Shown here in pieces: positions 51,145-61,471 of a stretch of 64,000 bases of DNA (position 1 is its first letter; each line of letters begins with the position of its first letter). The translations under genes and the position numbers were made by a program. This DNA comes from Longimicrobiales bacterium (GTDB lineage Bacteria; Gemmatimonadota; Gemmatimonadetes; Longimicrobiales; Gaopeijiaceae). The notes beneath the pieces are model-generated. The model saw only the letters and a list, made by a program, of their open reading frames with translations, was not told where the DNA came from and made no database searches. The stretch spans positions 1,760,001 through 1,824,000 of the forward strand of contig CBDAON010000004.1 of NCBI GenBank assembly GCA_965198065.1, given 5' to 3'.

Positions 51145-52073
51145 CGCACCCCCTCCCTCGTGGCCTGTCCATCTCGCTCCCCGCTTCCCGCGCTCTGCTC
51201 CACGTGCTGCTCCCCACCCTTGGCGGCCCCGGGGAGCACGCCGTCCCCGAACCAACGATGTGGCGCGCGCGGGAAGGAGTGAACGCTCAAGGGAGCGAAC
51301 CCGCCTACCTCCTCGAAGCGCATGAAGTGGGTCACCTCGACGGAACGCCCGTCCACGCGGATCCTGTTGAAGGAGCACTTCGCCCGCTCCCGGGCGCGGC
51401 CGCGTCTGGAGGTCGTCGTACCGCTTTGCACGATTACGATGCCCGGATCCGAGCTCGCGCCCGGATGCACGTCCAGCGAGTTCCCGATGTACGCCCGGTG
51501 GACGTGGCCCCCCATCACGAGCTCGACGCCCATCGCCTGGAGCGCCTCCAAGATCTCCCGCCCGTGCGGGAGGGCCTTGTCCCCCTCGTAATCGGGGGCG
51601 GGCGCCAGGTGATGGTGAGCCACAAGCGCCTTCAGATCCCCTGCGGGAGCGGATTCGAACGCTGCGCGCGCGAAGGCGAGCTGACCGGGCCCGATCCGGC
51701 CGTTCACGATCGACCGGTACGGCTCCGCGGAATTGAGGCTCACGACGGTGATACCCGGAAGGCGCGTAACGGTATCGAGCTCGTCCCGGATGAAGGCCCG
51801 GTAGTTCCGATAGGGTGCGAAGAGCCGCTCCACCACCCGGTAGAGCGGTACGTCGTGGTTTCCGGGTGTCACGACGAGAGGAACGGCCGGGAAGCGCTTC
51901 AGATAGTCACTGGCCGCCCGGTACTCCCGGACCTTGGCCCTCTGGGTGAGGTCACCCGACAGAACGATGAGGTCGGGACGGAGGTCGCGCGCTGCAATCA
52001 GGAAGGTGAGCGCCACGGCCGGGTCGTGGGGCTTACCGAAGTGGAGGTCGGAGCCATGAATGATCGTCAGCAT
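51141..52073 (-). CDS. Metallophosphoesterase (CpdA/Icc-like)
   Basis: DLHFG, GDLT, GNHD, HHH and GHVH. Confidence 0.9.
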   Translation of the reverse strand: MLTIIHGSDLHFGKPHDPAVALTFLIAARDLRPDLIVLSGDLTQRAKVREYRAASDYLKRFPAVPLVVTPGNHDVPLYRVVERLFAPYRNYRAFIRDELDTVTRLPGITVVSLNSAEPYRSIVNGRIGPGQLAFARAAFESAPAGDLKALVAHHHLAPAPDYEGDKALPHGREILEALQAMGVELVMGGHVHRAYIGNSLDVHPGASSDPGIVIVQSGTTTSRRGRARERAKCSFNRIRVDGRSVEVTHFMRFEEVGGFAPLSVHSFPRAPHRWFGDGVLPGAAKGGEQHVEQSAGSGERDGQATREGVR

Positions 52074-52093
52074 GGGTGCCGCCCCTGTGCCGC

Positions 52094-53137
52094 CTAAGCA
52101 GAGAGGCCCGGAAACGGCAGCCCCGCGTCCGCGCTCACGCCCGGATCTCCCACCTCGCCCCTCGCAAGTCGAAAGGCCGCGGCCCTGGCGACCATGGCGC
52201 CGTTGTCGAGGGCGAGCCGAGGGGACGAGTGGAAGAGGCGTCCGTCCGGCCCCAGGCGACCGCGGATCTCGTCGCGGAGCGCCCGGTTCGCGGACACGCC
52301 CCCACCGAGCAGCACGCGGCGGCACCCCGTGAGATCGACGGCCCGTAGGGTCTTGGCCGACAGCGTCTCGACGACCGCCCCCTGGAAGGCGGCAGCCAGA
52401 TCGGCGCGCTCCTCCGGGAGGCGCCCGGCCTCTTTCACGTCGGCCACGCGCTCGCCCACGGCGGTCTTCAAGCCAGAGAACGAGAAGTCGAGGTAGTCCG
52501 GATCCCCCGGCTCGTCTTCACTCCTGAGCATGGGCCTCGGGAGGTCGAAGCGAGTCGGATCACCGTCCCGGGCCGAGGCCTCGATACGGGGCCCCCCGGG
52601 GTACGGAAGATCGAGCATCCTGGCCGCCTTGTCGAAGGCCTCGCCCGCCGCGTCGTCCCGGGTCTGCCCCAGGAGGCTGTACCGCCCCCACGCCTCGGCG
52701 TGGAGGAGGAGCGTGTGCCCGCCCGAGACGAGGAGGGCAACGAAGGGCGGCTCGGCCTCGGGATCCTCGAGGGACGGGGCGAAGAGGTGGGCCTCCATGT
52801 GATGCACCGGAACCAGGGGCCGCCCCAGCCCGAAGGCCGCTCCCTTCGCCCAGCAGACGCCCACAAGCAACGCCCCGATCAGCCCGGGCCCGGCGGTCAC
52901 GCCGAGCGCTGTCACGTCGTCCAGCGAAGCGTCGGCCCTGCCCAGCGCCTCCGCGACCACGTCGTCCAGCACTGCGAGGTGCGCCCTCGCGGCGAGCTCG
53001 GGTACGACTCCTCCGTAGATCTCGTGGACGTCCTGCGAGAGGATGACGTGCGCCACAAGGTCGCGGCCGTCCCGAAGCAGGGCGGCGGCGGTCTCGTCGC
53101 AAGACGTCTCGATGCCGAGGATCAGCTCCGGCGTCAC
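52094..53137 (-). CDS. tsaD: tRNA N6-threonylcarbamoyltransferase
   Basis: GIETSCDET, HHMEAH, SGGHT, GEAFDK and DNGAM. Confidence 0.97.
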   Translation of the reverse strand: MTPELILGIETSCDETAAALLRDGRDLVAHVILSQDVHEIYGGVVPELAARAHLAVLDDVVAEALGRADASLDDVTALGVTAGPGLIGALLVGVCWAKGAAFGLGRPLVPVHHMEAHLFAPSLEDPEAEPPFVALLVSGGHTLLLHAEAWGRYSLLGQTRDDAAGEAFDKAARMLDLPYPGGPRIEASARDGDPTRFDLPRPMLRSEDEPGDPDYLDFSFSGLKTAVGERVADVKEAGRLPEERADLAAAFQGAVVETLSAKTLRAVDLTGCRRVLLGGGVSANRALRDEIRGRLGPDGRLFHSSPRLALDNGAMVARAAAFRLARGEVGDPGVSADAGLPFPGLSA

Positions 53138-54099
53138 CGGGGCGGTTCCCCACCGTTCCGCACGACGGCCATGCCCTGCCGCGGCGCGCCGGTGAGGAGC
53201 GGTGGAACCCCGGTGAGCGAGAGCGGGAATTCCCCCTCCGTGCCGGCCGGCGGAATCTCATCGGAGTCGATCTGCACCACGAGGGCAAGGCCGCTCAGGG
53301 CGTCGGATCCTTCCAGGAGCGGACGGGCCCCGCGCAGCACTACGGTGCCGGTCGTCTGCTGGACTTGGAGCCAGGTGCTCGACTGCAGCGCGGAGGGCAG
53401 GAGGACAGGGACGCCGCTCACCTCGGAGTCGACCCGCTCGGCCAACTCGAGCCGGACGCGCACCTCCCACGGAAGCACCTGGAGCCCCCGAACGGCGGAG
53501 GAGTCCACGGGCACCTGGACGGAGCCCGCCTCCGAGATCCCGGACAGGTACAGGGGAGCCAGCGGCACGGACGTGAGTGCGGCAACCCGGCTCCTCGGCC
53601 CGATGACCCCGACCACGTCCGGCTCGACGATCGGCGGAGCGGAGAGGGCCAGCCGCCCCGGCAGCTCGCCGCGGAGATCGAGGGTGGGAGCTAACGTTCT
53701 CCGCTCGACGGGCTCGAGCGTGAGCCGCACCGACGAAGGCTGGATGTCCTCCGCCACGACGCCCTGGCGATCCCCGATCTGCACCCACGCGGTGCTGAGC
53801 TGGACAACGGTGTCGCCCTGGGCGACCTCCTCCAGCGGGATCAGGACCGTGGGCCGGTCGAAGGCCATGCTGATCAGCTGACGGGACGGACCCCCGAACC
53901 GCACGGTTACCGAGGGGGGGATGGGCTCGCTCACGAGCGCCCAGGCCGAGTCGCCGACCATCACCTGCACCGCGACCCCGCTGATCTCCTGACGGTTGGG
54001 GGATTCGGCCCGAACGGCGACCCAGAGGAGGAGGGCAAACCCGAACGCCGAAAGCTTCAGCGTCCAGTTGCGGATCAGGAAGCCCGAAGGGGAGCCCAC
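53134..54099 (-). CDS. CdaR/YbbR-like protein
   Basis: NWTLKLSAFGFALLLW anchor followed by YbbR-like repeats. Confidence 0.8.
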   Translation of the reverse strand: MGSPSGFLIRNWTLKLSAFGFALLLWVAVRAESPNRQEISGVAVQVMVGDSAWALVSEPIPPSVTVRFGGPSRQLISMAFDRPTVLIPLEEVAQGDTVVQLSTAWVQIGDRQGVVAEDIQPSSVRLTLEPVERRTLAPTLDLRGELPGRLALSAPPIVEPDVVGVIGPRSRVAALTSVPLAPLYLSGISEAGSVQVPVDSSAVRGLQVLPWEVRVRLELAERVDSEVSGVPVLLPSALQSSTWLQVQQTTGTVVLRGARPLLEGSDALSGLALVVQIDSDEIPPAGTEGEFPLSLTGVPPLLTGAPRQGMAVVRNGGEPPR

Positions 54100-54105
54100 G
54101 GTTCG

Positions 54106-54669
54106 CTAGGCTCCGCCGCCCACGAGCCGCCGAATGAACGCGACGTTCGCGGGGTGGTCCCACTCCACCGCACCGACCTGCTTCCTGTAGATGATCCCGT
54201 CCCGACCGATCACGAACGACTCAGGTACGCCCGTCGTCTGGTATGTGCGCTGGATCTGTCCCTGAGGGTCGTGCAGGATCGGGAACGTGAGCCCGTACTC
54301 TCTGGCGAAGGCGCCGATGTTCCCCCCGGGCCGTCCTGCCACGTCGGTCTGGCCCATTCGGGCGTCCACGCTCACGGCCACGACCTCGAAGCCCTCGTCA
54401 TGGAGCTGGTCGTAGAGCCGCTGCATGGAGGGCATCTCCTCCTCGCAGGGAACGCACCAAGTGGCCCAGACGTTCAGGAGGACGACGTTTCCCCCAAAGT
54501 CGGCGAGCGATGCTGGTCGCCCGTCCAACGTCAGGGCCTCGAAGTTCGGCGCCTCGTCCCCCGCGGTCACAGTCGGGATCCGGTCGCGGGCGACCCACGC
54601 CGCCACGATCACCGCGAGCGCTACGCTCGACGCGATCACGTAAGGTAGGTTGGAGGGCTTCCTGGTCAT
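54106..54669 (-). CDS. TlpA/ResA-family thiol-disulfide oxidoreductase
   Basis: NVWATWCVPC and GVPES. Confidence 0.92.
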   Translation of the reverse strand: MTRKPSNLPYVIASSVALAVIVAAWVARDRIPTVTAGDEAPNFEALTLDGRPASLADFGGNVVLLNVWATWCVPCEEEMPSMQRLYDQLHDEGFEVVAVSVDARMGQTDVAGRPGGNIGAFAREYGLTFPILHDPQGQIQRTYQTTGVPESFVIGRDGIIYRKQVGAVEWDHPANVAFIRRLVGGGA

Positions 54670-54672
54670 GCG

Positions 54673-55485
54673 TCAGAATCCTCGTCCGATCACGATCCAC
54701 ACCGCCGCCCCCGGCGGCACCAGCACGTCCGAGAGGGGGTACTGCTCGAGTACCTCTCCCCCACGGATGAGCGTCAACCGTCGGCCGACGTACGCCACCT
54801 CGAGCCCGAGGGAGTCCAGGACGAGCAGGGCCTCCTCCTCATCGAGCCCCACGAGGTACGGCATCGGGAACGCCGGCGGACCAAGGCTCACAGTGAGCCG
54901 CACGCGGGCCGGGAGAGCGACCTCCGCGCCAGGCACCGGGAAAGTCAGGGCCACCCGTCCCTCGGGAACCTCGGCCTCGAGCGAGTCCACCGCGACGTCG
55001 AAACCCGACGTCTGGAGGAGCGCCACGGCCCGATCGGGTCGCATGCCCAGCACGTCGGGCACCGAACGGTACTCCGGACCCGTGCTCAGCGCGACCTCCA
55101 CCCGCCCGGAGGGAACGGCGAGCTGCCCCGGAAAGGGATCCTGTCCCACCACCTCTCCGCGCACGCGCCACGGGTGGCTGACCGAATCGACGATCCCCAG
55201 GAGGAGCCCCGCTTCGCGGAGCCCGGCCTCCGCCTCCGAGAGAGTCATCCCCCTCAGATCGGGCACACCGCGATACTCCTCGGTCCGGCCCTCGGGGAGG
55301 GGGAAGGTGACGTGTGTGGCATAGACGTACCCGACACTGGACCCGGCCAGGAGCACGACGCCTAAGAGGAGGACGAGGCGCCCGCCCCCGTGCCACGGGC
55401 CCCTCCCCGTCCTCGAAGCCGGCGGCGCGCCAAAGCGGGAGCCGGTGGACGACCGGTTTCGCCTGAGCGACCCTCCCAGTCTCAC
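54673..55485 (-). CDS. PASTA-domain protein
   Basis: One TM segment and three repeats starting VPDLRG, VPDVLG and MPYLVG. Confidence 0.88.
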   Translation of the reverse strand: MRLGGSLRRNRSSTGSRFGAPPASRTGRGPWHGGGRLVLLLGVVLLAGSSVGYVYATHVTFPLPEGRTEEYRGVPDLRGMTLSEAEAGLREAGLLLGIVDSVSHPWRVRGEVVGQDPFPGQLAVPSGRVEVALSTGPEYRSVPDVLGMRPDRAVALLQTSGFDVAVDSLEAEVPEGRVALTFPVPGAEVALPARVRLTVSLGPPAFPMPYLVGLDEEEALLVLDSLGLEVAYVGRRLTLIRGGEVLEQYPLSDVLVPPGAAVWIVIGRGF

Positions 55486-56753
55486 TCGCTTCTCCTGAAT
55501 CGGGCGGCGAACGCCCCGTCCGTGCTCAGCTCGCCAGGGATTACCCGAAGTATCGCCGTCTCTCCTTCGAGCGAAAAGTCCAGTCGTCTGGCCAGGAACG
55601 CTTCAACAGCCCCCTCGTTCTCCTCGGTCTCGAGCGTGCACGTCGCATAGATGAGGGCCCCGCCCGGGCGCACGACCCCGGCGGCCCCGTCCAGGATGTG
55701 CGCCTGCACCTCCGCCAGTCGAGCCGGGTCGCCGGGTCGGAGCCGCCACCGCGCGTCCGGGTGGCGAGCGAACGTTGCCGTCCCCGTGCACGGTACGTCG
55801 ACCAGCACCGCGTCCACCTCGGCGAACGGGGGAAGCTCCGCCCGCCCGGCCACCAGTCGCTCGGGAAGGCCGAGCCGGCGAAGCGCCTCCCTCATCTTTA
55901 CGAGTCGGGCGCGAGAGAGGTCCATGGCAAATACCTCGGCCCCGAGGTCCATGAGGGCAATCCCCTTCCCACCGGGCGCGGCGCAGAGGTCGAGGACGCT
56001 CTCTCCCCTCTGCACGGCCGCGTGCTCCACAACGCAGGAGGCGGCGGGATCCTGGACGATGGCGGGAACGGCGCTCAGGGCCCGAGCCGGGTCGCTGCCG
56101 GCTGCCAGCTTGAGCGTCGCCGAGCTGGATGGCCCTACCTCGGCCGGGAGACCCTCCAGGGCGAGGCGCTCGCGAGCACCGGCCAGCGGTACGCCCAGCG
56201 GTCTCAGGAAGAGCTCGGGAGTGCGATTCCCCGCCTCGACCACGTCCCGGGCGCGAGCCGCCCCGAGTCGCTCCACCCATCGCTCGACCAGCCACCGGGG
56301 GTGGGAGCCCCACGTGGCCAGGTGCGCGACCGGGTCTTCTCTGAGAGAGGGGAACCGCTCTAGCCCGCCGCCGGCGTCCGCGAGGACACGGAGCACGGCG
56401 TTTGCGACTCCCGCCCCCTTCGCCCCTCCAACGTCTCGAGCCTGCGCCGCGCTCTGCGAGACGGCGGCGTACGTGGGGACAGACCCCATGGCGAGCAGCT
56501 GATACGACCCCACCCTCAGGACCTGTAGAAGGGGAACGGGCAGCGATTCCAACTCGCGATGGAGGTGGAGGCTCAGGAGAAAATCGAGGCGCCCCCTCAG
56601 CCGGAAGACCCCGTAGATCAGCTCGTGCGCCCATGCCCGATCCACGGGGGGAAGCTCCGGCGCGGCCGCCCCCCAGGCGAGGTCGAGCCGGCGCCCTCGA
56701 TCCACCTCGCGCACGACGGAGAGCGCGACCCTCCGCGCCGAGGTGACGGTCAG
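55482..56753 (-). CDS. rsmB: 16S rRNA m5C967 methyltransferase
   Basis: NusB-like N-terminus, SHPRWL, DLCAAPGGK, DVPCTG and YATC. The frame extends to CTG 56753; the first standard start is GTG 56714. Confidence 0.92.
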   Translation of the reverse strand: MTVTSARRVALSVVREVDRGRRLDLAWGAAAPELPPVDRAWAHELIYGVFRLRGRLDFLLSLHLHRELESLPVPLLQVLRVGSYQLLAMGSVPTYAAVSQSAAQARDVGGAKGAGVANAVLRVLADAGGGLERFPSLREDPVAHLATWGSHPRWLVERWVERLGAARARDVVEAGNRTPELFLRPLGVPLAGARERLALEGLPAEVGPSSSATLKLAAGSDPARALSAVPAIVQDPAASCVVEHAAVQRGESVLDLCAAPGGKGIALMDLGAEVFAMDLSRARLVKMREALRRLGLPERLVAGRAELPPFAEVDAVLVDVPCTGTATFARHPDARWRLRPGDPARLAEVQAHILDGAAGVVRPGGALIYATCTLETEENEGAVEAFLARRLDFSLEGETAILRVIPGELSTDGAFAARFRRSE

Positions 56754-57577
56754 TCGAGCATCCCCCCGGTGGGAGAGCTGGGGACGGCCACCTCACGGGC
56801 CGGCATCCGGCCGGCGAGGTACGCCAGACGCCCCGAGCGGACGGCGAGACGCATGGCGTGTGCCATCGCCACCGGATCGTCGGCGGCGGCGATCGCCGTG
56901 TTCATCAGGACGCCGTCCACTCCCTGCTCCATCGTGGCGCAGGCGTCCGAGGCCGTCCCTACCCCGGCGTCCACAATCACGGGCGCCCTGAGGCGGGCCT
57001 TGATCTCCCGGATGTAATACGGGTTGATGAGCCCGAGCCCGCTCCCGATCGGGCTCGCGAGCGGCATCACGGCCACGCACCCTGCGTCCTCGAGGCGGAG
57101 CGCCGTGACGAGATCGTCGTTCGTGTACGCGAGGACCTTGAACCCCTCCGCCACGAGGGTCCGCGCGGCGTCGAGAGTGGCCTGCACGTCCGGAAGGAGC
57201 GTGGACTCGTCTCCGATGACCTCGAGCTTCACCCAGTCGCTCAGCCCCGCCGCTCGGCCGAGCCGGGCGTAGCGGAGCGCGTCTTCGGCCGTGTAGCACC
57301 CGGCTGTGTTCGGAAGCAGGAAGAACTCCTCGGGGGTCAGGTGGTGCAGGATCGACTCCTCCTTCGAGCGGTCCAAATCCACCCGCCGGACGGCGACCGT
57401 CACCACATCGGCTCCGCTCGCCCGGATCGCCCGCACCATCGTTTCGTTGTCCCGGTACTTGCCCGTCCCGAGGATCAGCCGGGACTCGAACGTCCGGCCT
57501 CCGATCACGAGCCCTGGGTCACGCGGATCCTCGACCGCTGCGGCCGCGCGCTCGCTCGTCTGCGCTCTCGTCGTCAT
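56750..57577 (-). CDS. thiG: Thiazole synthase
   Basis: [25 protein letters not shown] and [10 protein letters not shown]. Confidence 0.97.
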   Translation of the reverse strand: MTTRAQTSERAAAAVEDPRDPGLVIGGRTFESRLILGTGKYRDNETMVRAIRASGADVVTVAVRRVDLDRSKEESILHHLTPEEFFLLPNTAGCYTAEDALRYARLGRAAGLSDWVKLEVIGDESTLLPDVQATLDAARTLVAEGFKVLAYTNDDLVTALRLEDAGCVAVMPLASPIGSGLGLINPYYIREIKARLRAPVIVDAGVGTASDACATMEQGVDGVLMNTAIAAADDPVAMAHAMRLAVRSGRLAYLAGRMPAREVAVPSSPTGGMLD

Positions 57578-57816
57578 CGATGCGTCCCTCCCCCCACGAA
57601 GTGCACGAGCTCCAAGCTGTCGCCGTCCGCGAGGGTCGTCCGCTCGTAGCTCTTCCGCTCGACGATCTCTCGATTCCTCTCCACGACCACGAGCGCCGGC
57701 TCGAGATCGAGCTGCTCAAGCAGACCGGTGATGGTGGTGCCCTCCCGAACCCACCGCTTCCTACCGTTCACCTGGAGCCAGATCTGGGTTCCGCCGTCAC
57801 ACTTCCCTTCCGACAC
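57574..57816 (-). CDS. thiS: Sulfur carrier protein
   Basis: VNG...VERNREIV...[13 protein letters not shown], followed by a short THR tail. Confidence 0.93.
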   Translation of the reverse strand: MSEGKCDGGTQIWLQVNGRKRWVREGTTITGLLEQLDLEPALVVVERNREIVERKSYERTTLADGDSLELVHFVGGGTHR

Positions 57817-58483
57817 GCGTCCCCCCCTCGGCTGCCCCCGCTTCGGCCGCCGCCTCGATGCCGGCCAGGAGCTCCCGGACGGCCAGCACCGGCTCGCTCA
57901 CCCCCCACACAGCCCTCACCACCGCGATCCCGTGCGCCCCGGTCCGGACGAGCGCACCAGCCGTGTCCGGGGTGACGCCTCCAATGGCGAGAACGGGCGT
58001 CTCTCCCGCCCCCTCCAGCAAGACACGGAAGCCCGAGACCCCGTGGCCCGACTGCCCCGGGTGGGAAGGGGTCGGAAAGACCGTCCCAACGTGCAGGTAG
58101 TCCACGTCCGGCGCGAGCTCCCGCACCTCAGTCGTGTCGTGCGCGGAGCGCCCGAGGAGGGAGCCGGGCCCCAGGATGGCGCGCGTCGCCTCGGGCGGAA
58201 GGCTCCGGCTCCCCAGGTGGACGCCGGAAGCTCCGAGCGCCAGGGCCAGGTCGATGCGGTCGTTCACCAGAAGGGGGACCTGGTGCTCCCGGGCCGCAGG
58301 CAGGAGCCCCATCCCGAGCTCCCAGAGGCGCCGCCCGGTCGCCCCGGGGCCCCTCAGGTGGAAGGCGATGCGCCCTCGTCCCGCCTCGATCACCCCACGG
58401 GCGCGCTCGCCGAACCGATCCCCAGCGAGGACCCGGTCGTCGGTCACGACGTGGAGGCGCGGAACCGCCGCTCGCGACGTCAC
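57797..58483 (-). CDS. thiE: Thiamine phosphate synthase / TenI family
   Basis: VNDRID, GVHL, SAH, FPTPSHP and AIGG. Confidence 0.8.
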   Translation of the reverse strand: MTSRAAVPRLHVVTDDRVLAGDRFGERARGVIEAGRGRIAFHLRGPGATGRRLWELGMGLLPAAREHQVPLLVNDRIDLALALGASGVHLGSRSLPPEATRAILGPGSLLGRSAHDTTEVRELAPDVDYLHVGTVFPTPSHPGQSGHGVSGFRVLLEGAGETPVLAIGGVTPDTAGALVRTGAHGIAVVRAVWGVSEPVLAVRELLAGIEAAAEAGAAEGGTRVGREV

Positions 58484-59418
58484 GTAAAGCGAGCGCCGGA
58501 GAGGGGCTCGCGCCCTCGCAGCCAGGCAGCCGAACCCATTCGCCTCCGACCCGCGGGCTGGACCTCGTCCAGGCGGAGCCTCCCACCCTGTCCGGTCGCC
58601 ACCTGGAGCTCCCCGGCGGGGGCTGGCTCGAGGAGCGTCCCTGGCGCCGCGTCCGTCGTGCCGTCCAGAACGGCGGGGGAAAAGAGCTTAATGGGCTCGC
58701 CGTCCAGCGTCGTCCACGCCCCGGGAACGGCGTCCATCCCGCGGACGTGGTTGGCCACGTCCACCGGTGGCCGCGACCAGTCGATCCGGGCAATCTCGCG
58801 GCTCACTTTCGGGGCATAGGTGGCCAGGGCGTCTTTCTGGGGGCGAGGTTCGAGCGCCCCCGACTCCAGGAGCGCGAGCGCCTCGACGAGGGCCTCCGCG
58901 CCTAGCTCGGCCAGCCTCAGGTAGAGCCCCAACGCGGTGTCGCTCTCCAGGATGGGGAGCTCTCGCTGGAGCAGGATTGGCCCCTCGTCCATGCCCTCGG
59001 TCATCTGCATGACCGTCACGCCCGTGCGCTCGAGGCCTCGCACCAGCGCCCAGTGGACGGGCGCGGCGCCCCGAAGCTCGGGGAGGAGGGAGGCGTGCAC
59101 GTTCAGCGAGCCGCGCTCGGGCGCTTCCAGCAGCGCAAGCGGCAGAATGTGGCCGTACGCAACGACCACCGACACCTCGGGCTCTAGGGCCCGGATCTCG
59201 TCCGCGAATCGGGCATCGGCCCTGGGACGCTCGGGCGTGAGCACCGGGAGCTCTTCCTCGAGCGCGACCGTCTTCACCTCCGAGGCCTTGGGCTTCCGAC
59301 CCCGTCCCGCCTCGCGATCGGGTCGGGTCACGACGCCCACCACATCGTGCCCCTCGCCGACGAGCGCCAGCAGGGACGGCACCGCGAAGCTGGGAGTGCC
59401 CCAGAAGAGAATCCTCAG
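58480..59418 (-). CDS. fmt: Methionyl-tRNA formyltransferase
   Basis: RILFWGTPSFA, VVAYG, NVHASLLP..RGAAP and MDEG. The conserved N-terminus begins at CTG 59418. Confidence 0.96.
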   Translation of the reverse strand: MRILFWGTPSFAVPSLLALVGEGHDVVGVVTRPDREAGRGRKPKASEVKTVALEEELPVLTPERPRADARFADEIRALEPEVSVVVAYGHILPLALLEAPERGSLNVHASLLPELRGAAPVHWALVRGLERTGVTVMQMTEGMDEGPILLQRELPILESDTALGLYLRLAELGAEALVEALALLESGALEPRPQKDALATYAPKVSREIARIDWSRPPVDVANHVRGMDAVPGAWTTLDGEPIKLFSPAVLDGTTDAAPGTLLEPAPAGELQVATGQGGRLRLDEVQPAGRRRMGSAAWLRGREPLSGARFT

Positions 59419-59927
59419 CGCTTCGCCTCCAGATTCCGGTACTTCTGGAGCAGGATACTTCGCTTGAGGGGTGAGAGCCGATCGATGAAGAGGACGCCGT
59501 TCACGTGGTCCACCTCGTGCTGGAGGACCCGGGCGAGGAGCCCCTCGGCCTCTACCTGCACCGGCTTCCCGTCCGGGTCGAGTCCCTCGATGGTCACGCG
59601 TGCCGGGCGCGCGACAATCTCGCTCACGCCCGGAACGCTCAAGCAGCCCTCCGATCCGCGATCGATTTCGTCGCTCTGCTCGACGAGCTCAGGGTTCGCG
59701 AGCGCGAGCCGGACCGGCGTGGCGCCCTCCTCTTCCGCCACCTCCACGACGATCACGCGGCGGCGCACGCCCACCTGGGGAGCCGCGAGTCCCGCTCCCT
59801 CGGCGACGTACATGGTGTCAAACATGTCCCGGACGAGGTCTCGGAGCTCGTCGTCGAAGAGCTCCACGGGCTCCGCCCGCTCCCGAAGGATCGGGTCGCC
59901 AAGGAGGACGACCTCACGTACCGACAT
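59415..59927 (-). CDS. def: Peptide deformylase
   Basis: GAGLAAPQ, EGCLS and QHEVDH. Confidence 0.97.
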   Translation of the reverse strand: MSVREVVLLGDPILRERAEPVELFDDELRDLVRDMFDTMYVAEGAGLAAPQVGVRRRVIVVEVAEEEGATPVRLALANPELVEQSDEIDRGSEGCLSVPGVSEIVARPARVTIEGLDPDGKPVQVEAEGLLARVLQHEVDHVNGVLFIDRLSPLKRSILLQKYRNLEAKR

Positions 59928-60237
59928 CGTCCGCGACCATCATACGGCTCACCTTGCCTCGCTCGATCACGACACGGGTGTTTTCCGCCGTCTTCAAGGT
60001 CAGCCGATCTCCGTCCACGTGCACGATCGTTCCGATGATCCCTCCCACGGTAGCGATCTCGTCCCCCTTCTTCAGCGCCGCGATCATCGCGGCCTGCCGC
60101 TGGCGCTCCTTGCGCTGCGGCCGAATGAGGAGCCAGTAGAAGATGAGGCCGATCAGGAGCAGCTGAACCAGCAGGAAGGAAAGCGGATTCCCACCATCCG
60201 CCTGGACCACCATGAGGCCATACGAGAGGTACATCAC
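59914..60237 (-). CDS. yajC: Preprotein translocase subunit
   Basis: LLIRPQRK...LKKGDEIATVGGIIG. Confidence 0.95.
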   Translation of the reverse strand: MMYLSYGLMVVQADGGNPLSFLLVQLLLIGLIFYWLLIRPQRKERQRQAAMIAALKKGDEIATVGGIIGTIVHVDGDRLTLKTAENTRVVIERGKVSRMMVADDVGT

Positions 60238-60316
60238 CTGCGGCTCCCTCCGCGTTCGCGTGACGGCCGACGCGCTACACTCCCCCTGGGCACACGGCGG
60301 CCGCCCGGGAGAGTGA

Positions 60317-61471
60317 TTACCCCCGCCCGGCCCGGTACCGTTCCAGCCACTCGCCGGACCAGGCCCTGAACTCCCCCGCCCGAATCTTCCGTCGGGACTC
60401 CTCCGCGAGCCGGAGCAGGAAGCGAAGGTTGTGGATCGAGAGGAGCCGATGCGCGAAGGCTTCGCCCACCACGGTCAGGTGTCGGAGGTAAGCCCGGTCA
60501 AACGTCCGGCAGCAAGCCGCGTCGCAATGCGGGTCCAACGGCCCCCCGTCGAGTCGGAAGCGCTGGGACTTGAGGTTCACCTGCCCCTCCTCGGTGACCC
60601 AGGCCGTCCCGTGTCGAGCGTTCCGAGTGGGGGCGACGCAGTCGAAGAGATCGCACCCTCGAGCGATGGCCTCGAGGAGGTCGTCCGGATACCCCACCCC
60701 CATCAGATATCGGGGGACGTCACTCGGAAGCTCGTCGTCCAGGAGCTCGAGGATCTCCCACATCCGATCCTTTTCCTCACCTACCGAAAGCCCCCCGATC
60801 CCGTACCCGTGCCACGCCCCGGCAGCCCGCACGGAGCGCGCATGCTCCCGTCGGAGCTCGTGATAGACGTTACCCTGAAGGACGGGCATGAGGCTCTGCC
60901 GGGGCAGGCCGTCGAGCTCGGAGAGCGCCTCGAAACGCTTCAGGCAGCGCTCGAGCCACCGGAGGGTGCGGGCGTTAGCGGCCCGAGCCACGTCGGCAGC
61001 GCACCCGCCGGGCGGGCACTCGTCCAGCGCCATTATCACGTCGGCCCCGAGCCGTCTCTGGATGTCCACAACCTTTTCGGGCGTGAAAAGGTGTCGGGAC
61101 CCGTCCAAGTGGTTCTGGAAATCGACCCCGTCGTCACGAATCTCCCGGATGCTCGCCAGAGAGAAGACCTGGTAGCCACCCGAATCGGTAAGGATCGGCC
61201 CGTTCCACCGCATGAACGCGTGGAGACCGCCGAGCTCTCCCACCTCCTCGTGTCCGGGTCTCAGGTACAGGTGGTAGGTGTTCGCGAGGACCATCGTGGC
61301 GCCCACCGCAACGACTTCGTCCGGAGAGAGGGTCTTCACGGCCCCGAGCGTCCCCACCGGCATGAACTGGGGTGTCTCGACCGGCCCGTGGGGCGTCCAG
61401 AACGTGCCGGCTCGGGCCGCCCCGTCCGTGGCCGTCAGCTGGAATGAGAAAGGCTCGCGCGAGGACGTCAC
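60317..61471 (-). CDS. tgt: tRNA-guanine transglycosylase
   Basis: TPQFMPVGT, TDSGGYQV, GGLSVGE and FDCV. Confidence 0.97.
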   Translation of the reverse strand: MTSSREPFSFQLTATDGAARAGTFWTPHGPVETPQFMPVGTLGAVKTLSPDEVVAVGATMVLANTYHLYLRPGHEEVGELGGLHAFMRWNGPILTDSGGYQVFSLASIREIRDDGVDFQNHLDGSRHLFTPEKVVDIQRRLGADVIMALDECPPGGCAADVARAANARTLRWLERCLKRFEALSELDGLPRQSLMPVLQGNVYHELRREHARSVRAAGAWHGYGIGGLSVGEEKDRMWEILELLDDELPSDVPRYLMGVGYPDDLLEAIARGCDLFDCVAPTRNARHGTAWVTEEGQVNLKSQRFRLDGGPLDPHCDAACCRTFDRAYLRHLTVVGEAFAHRLLSIHNLRFLLRLAEESRRKIRAGEFRAWSGEWLERYRAGRG

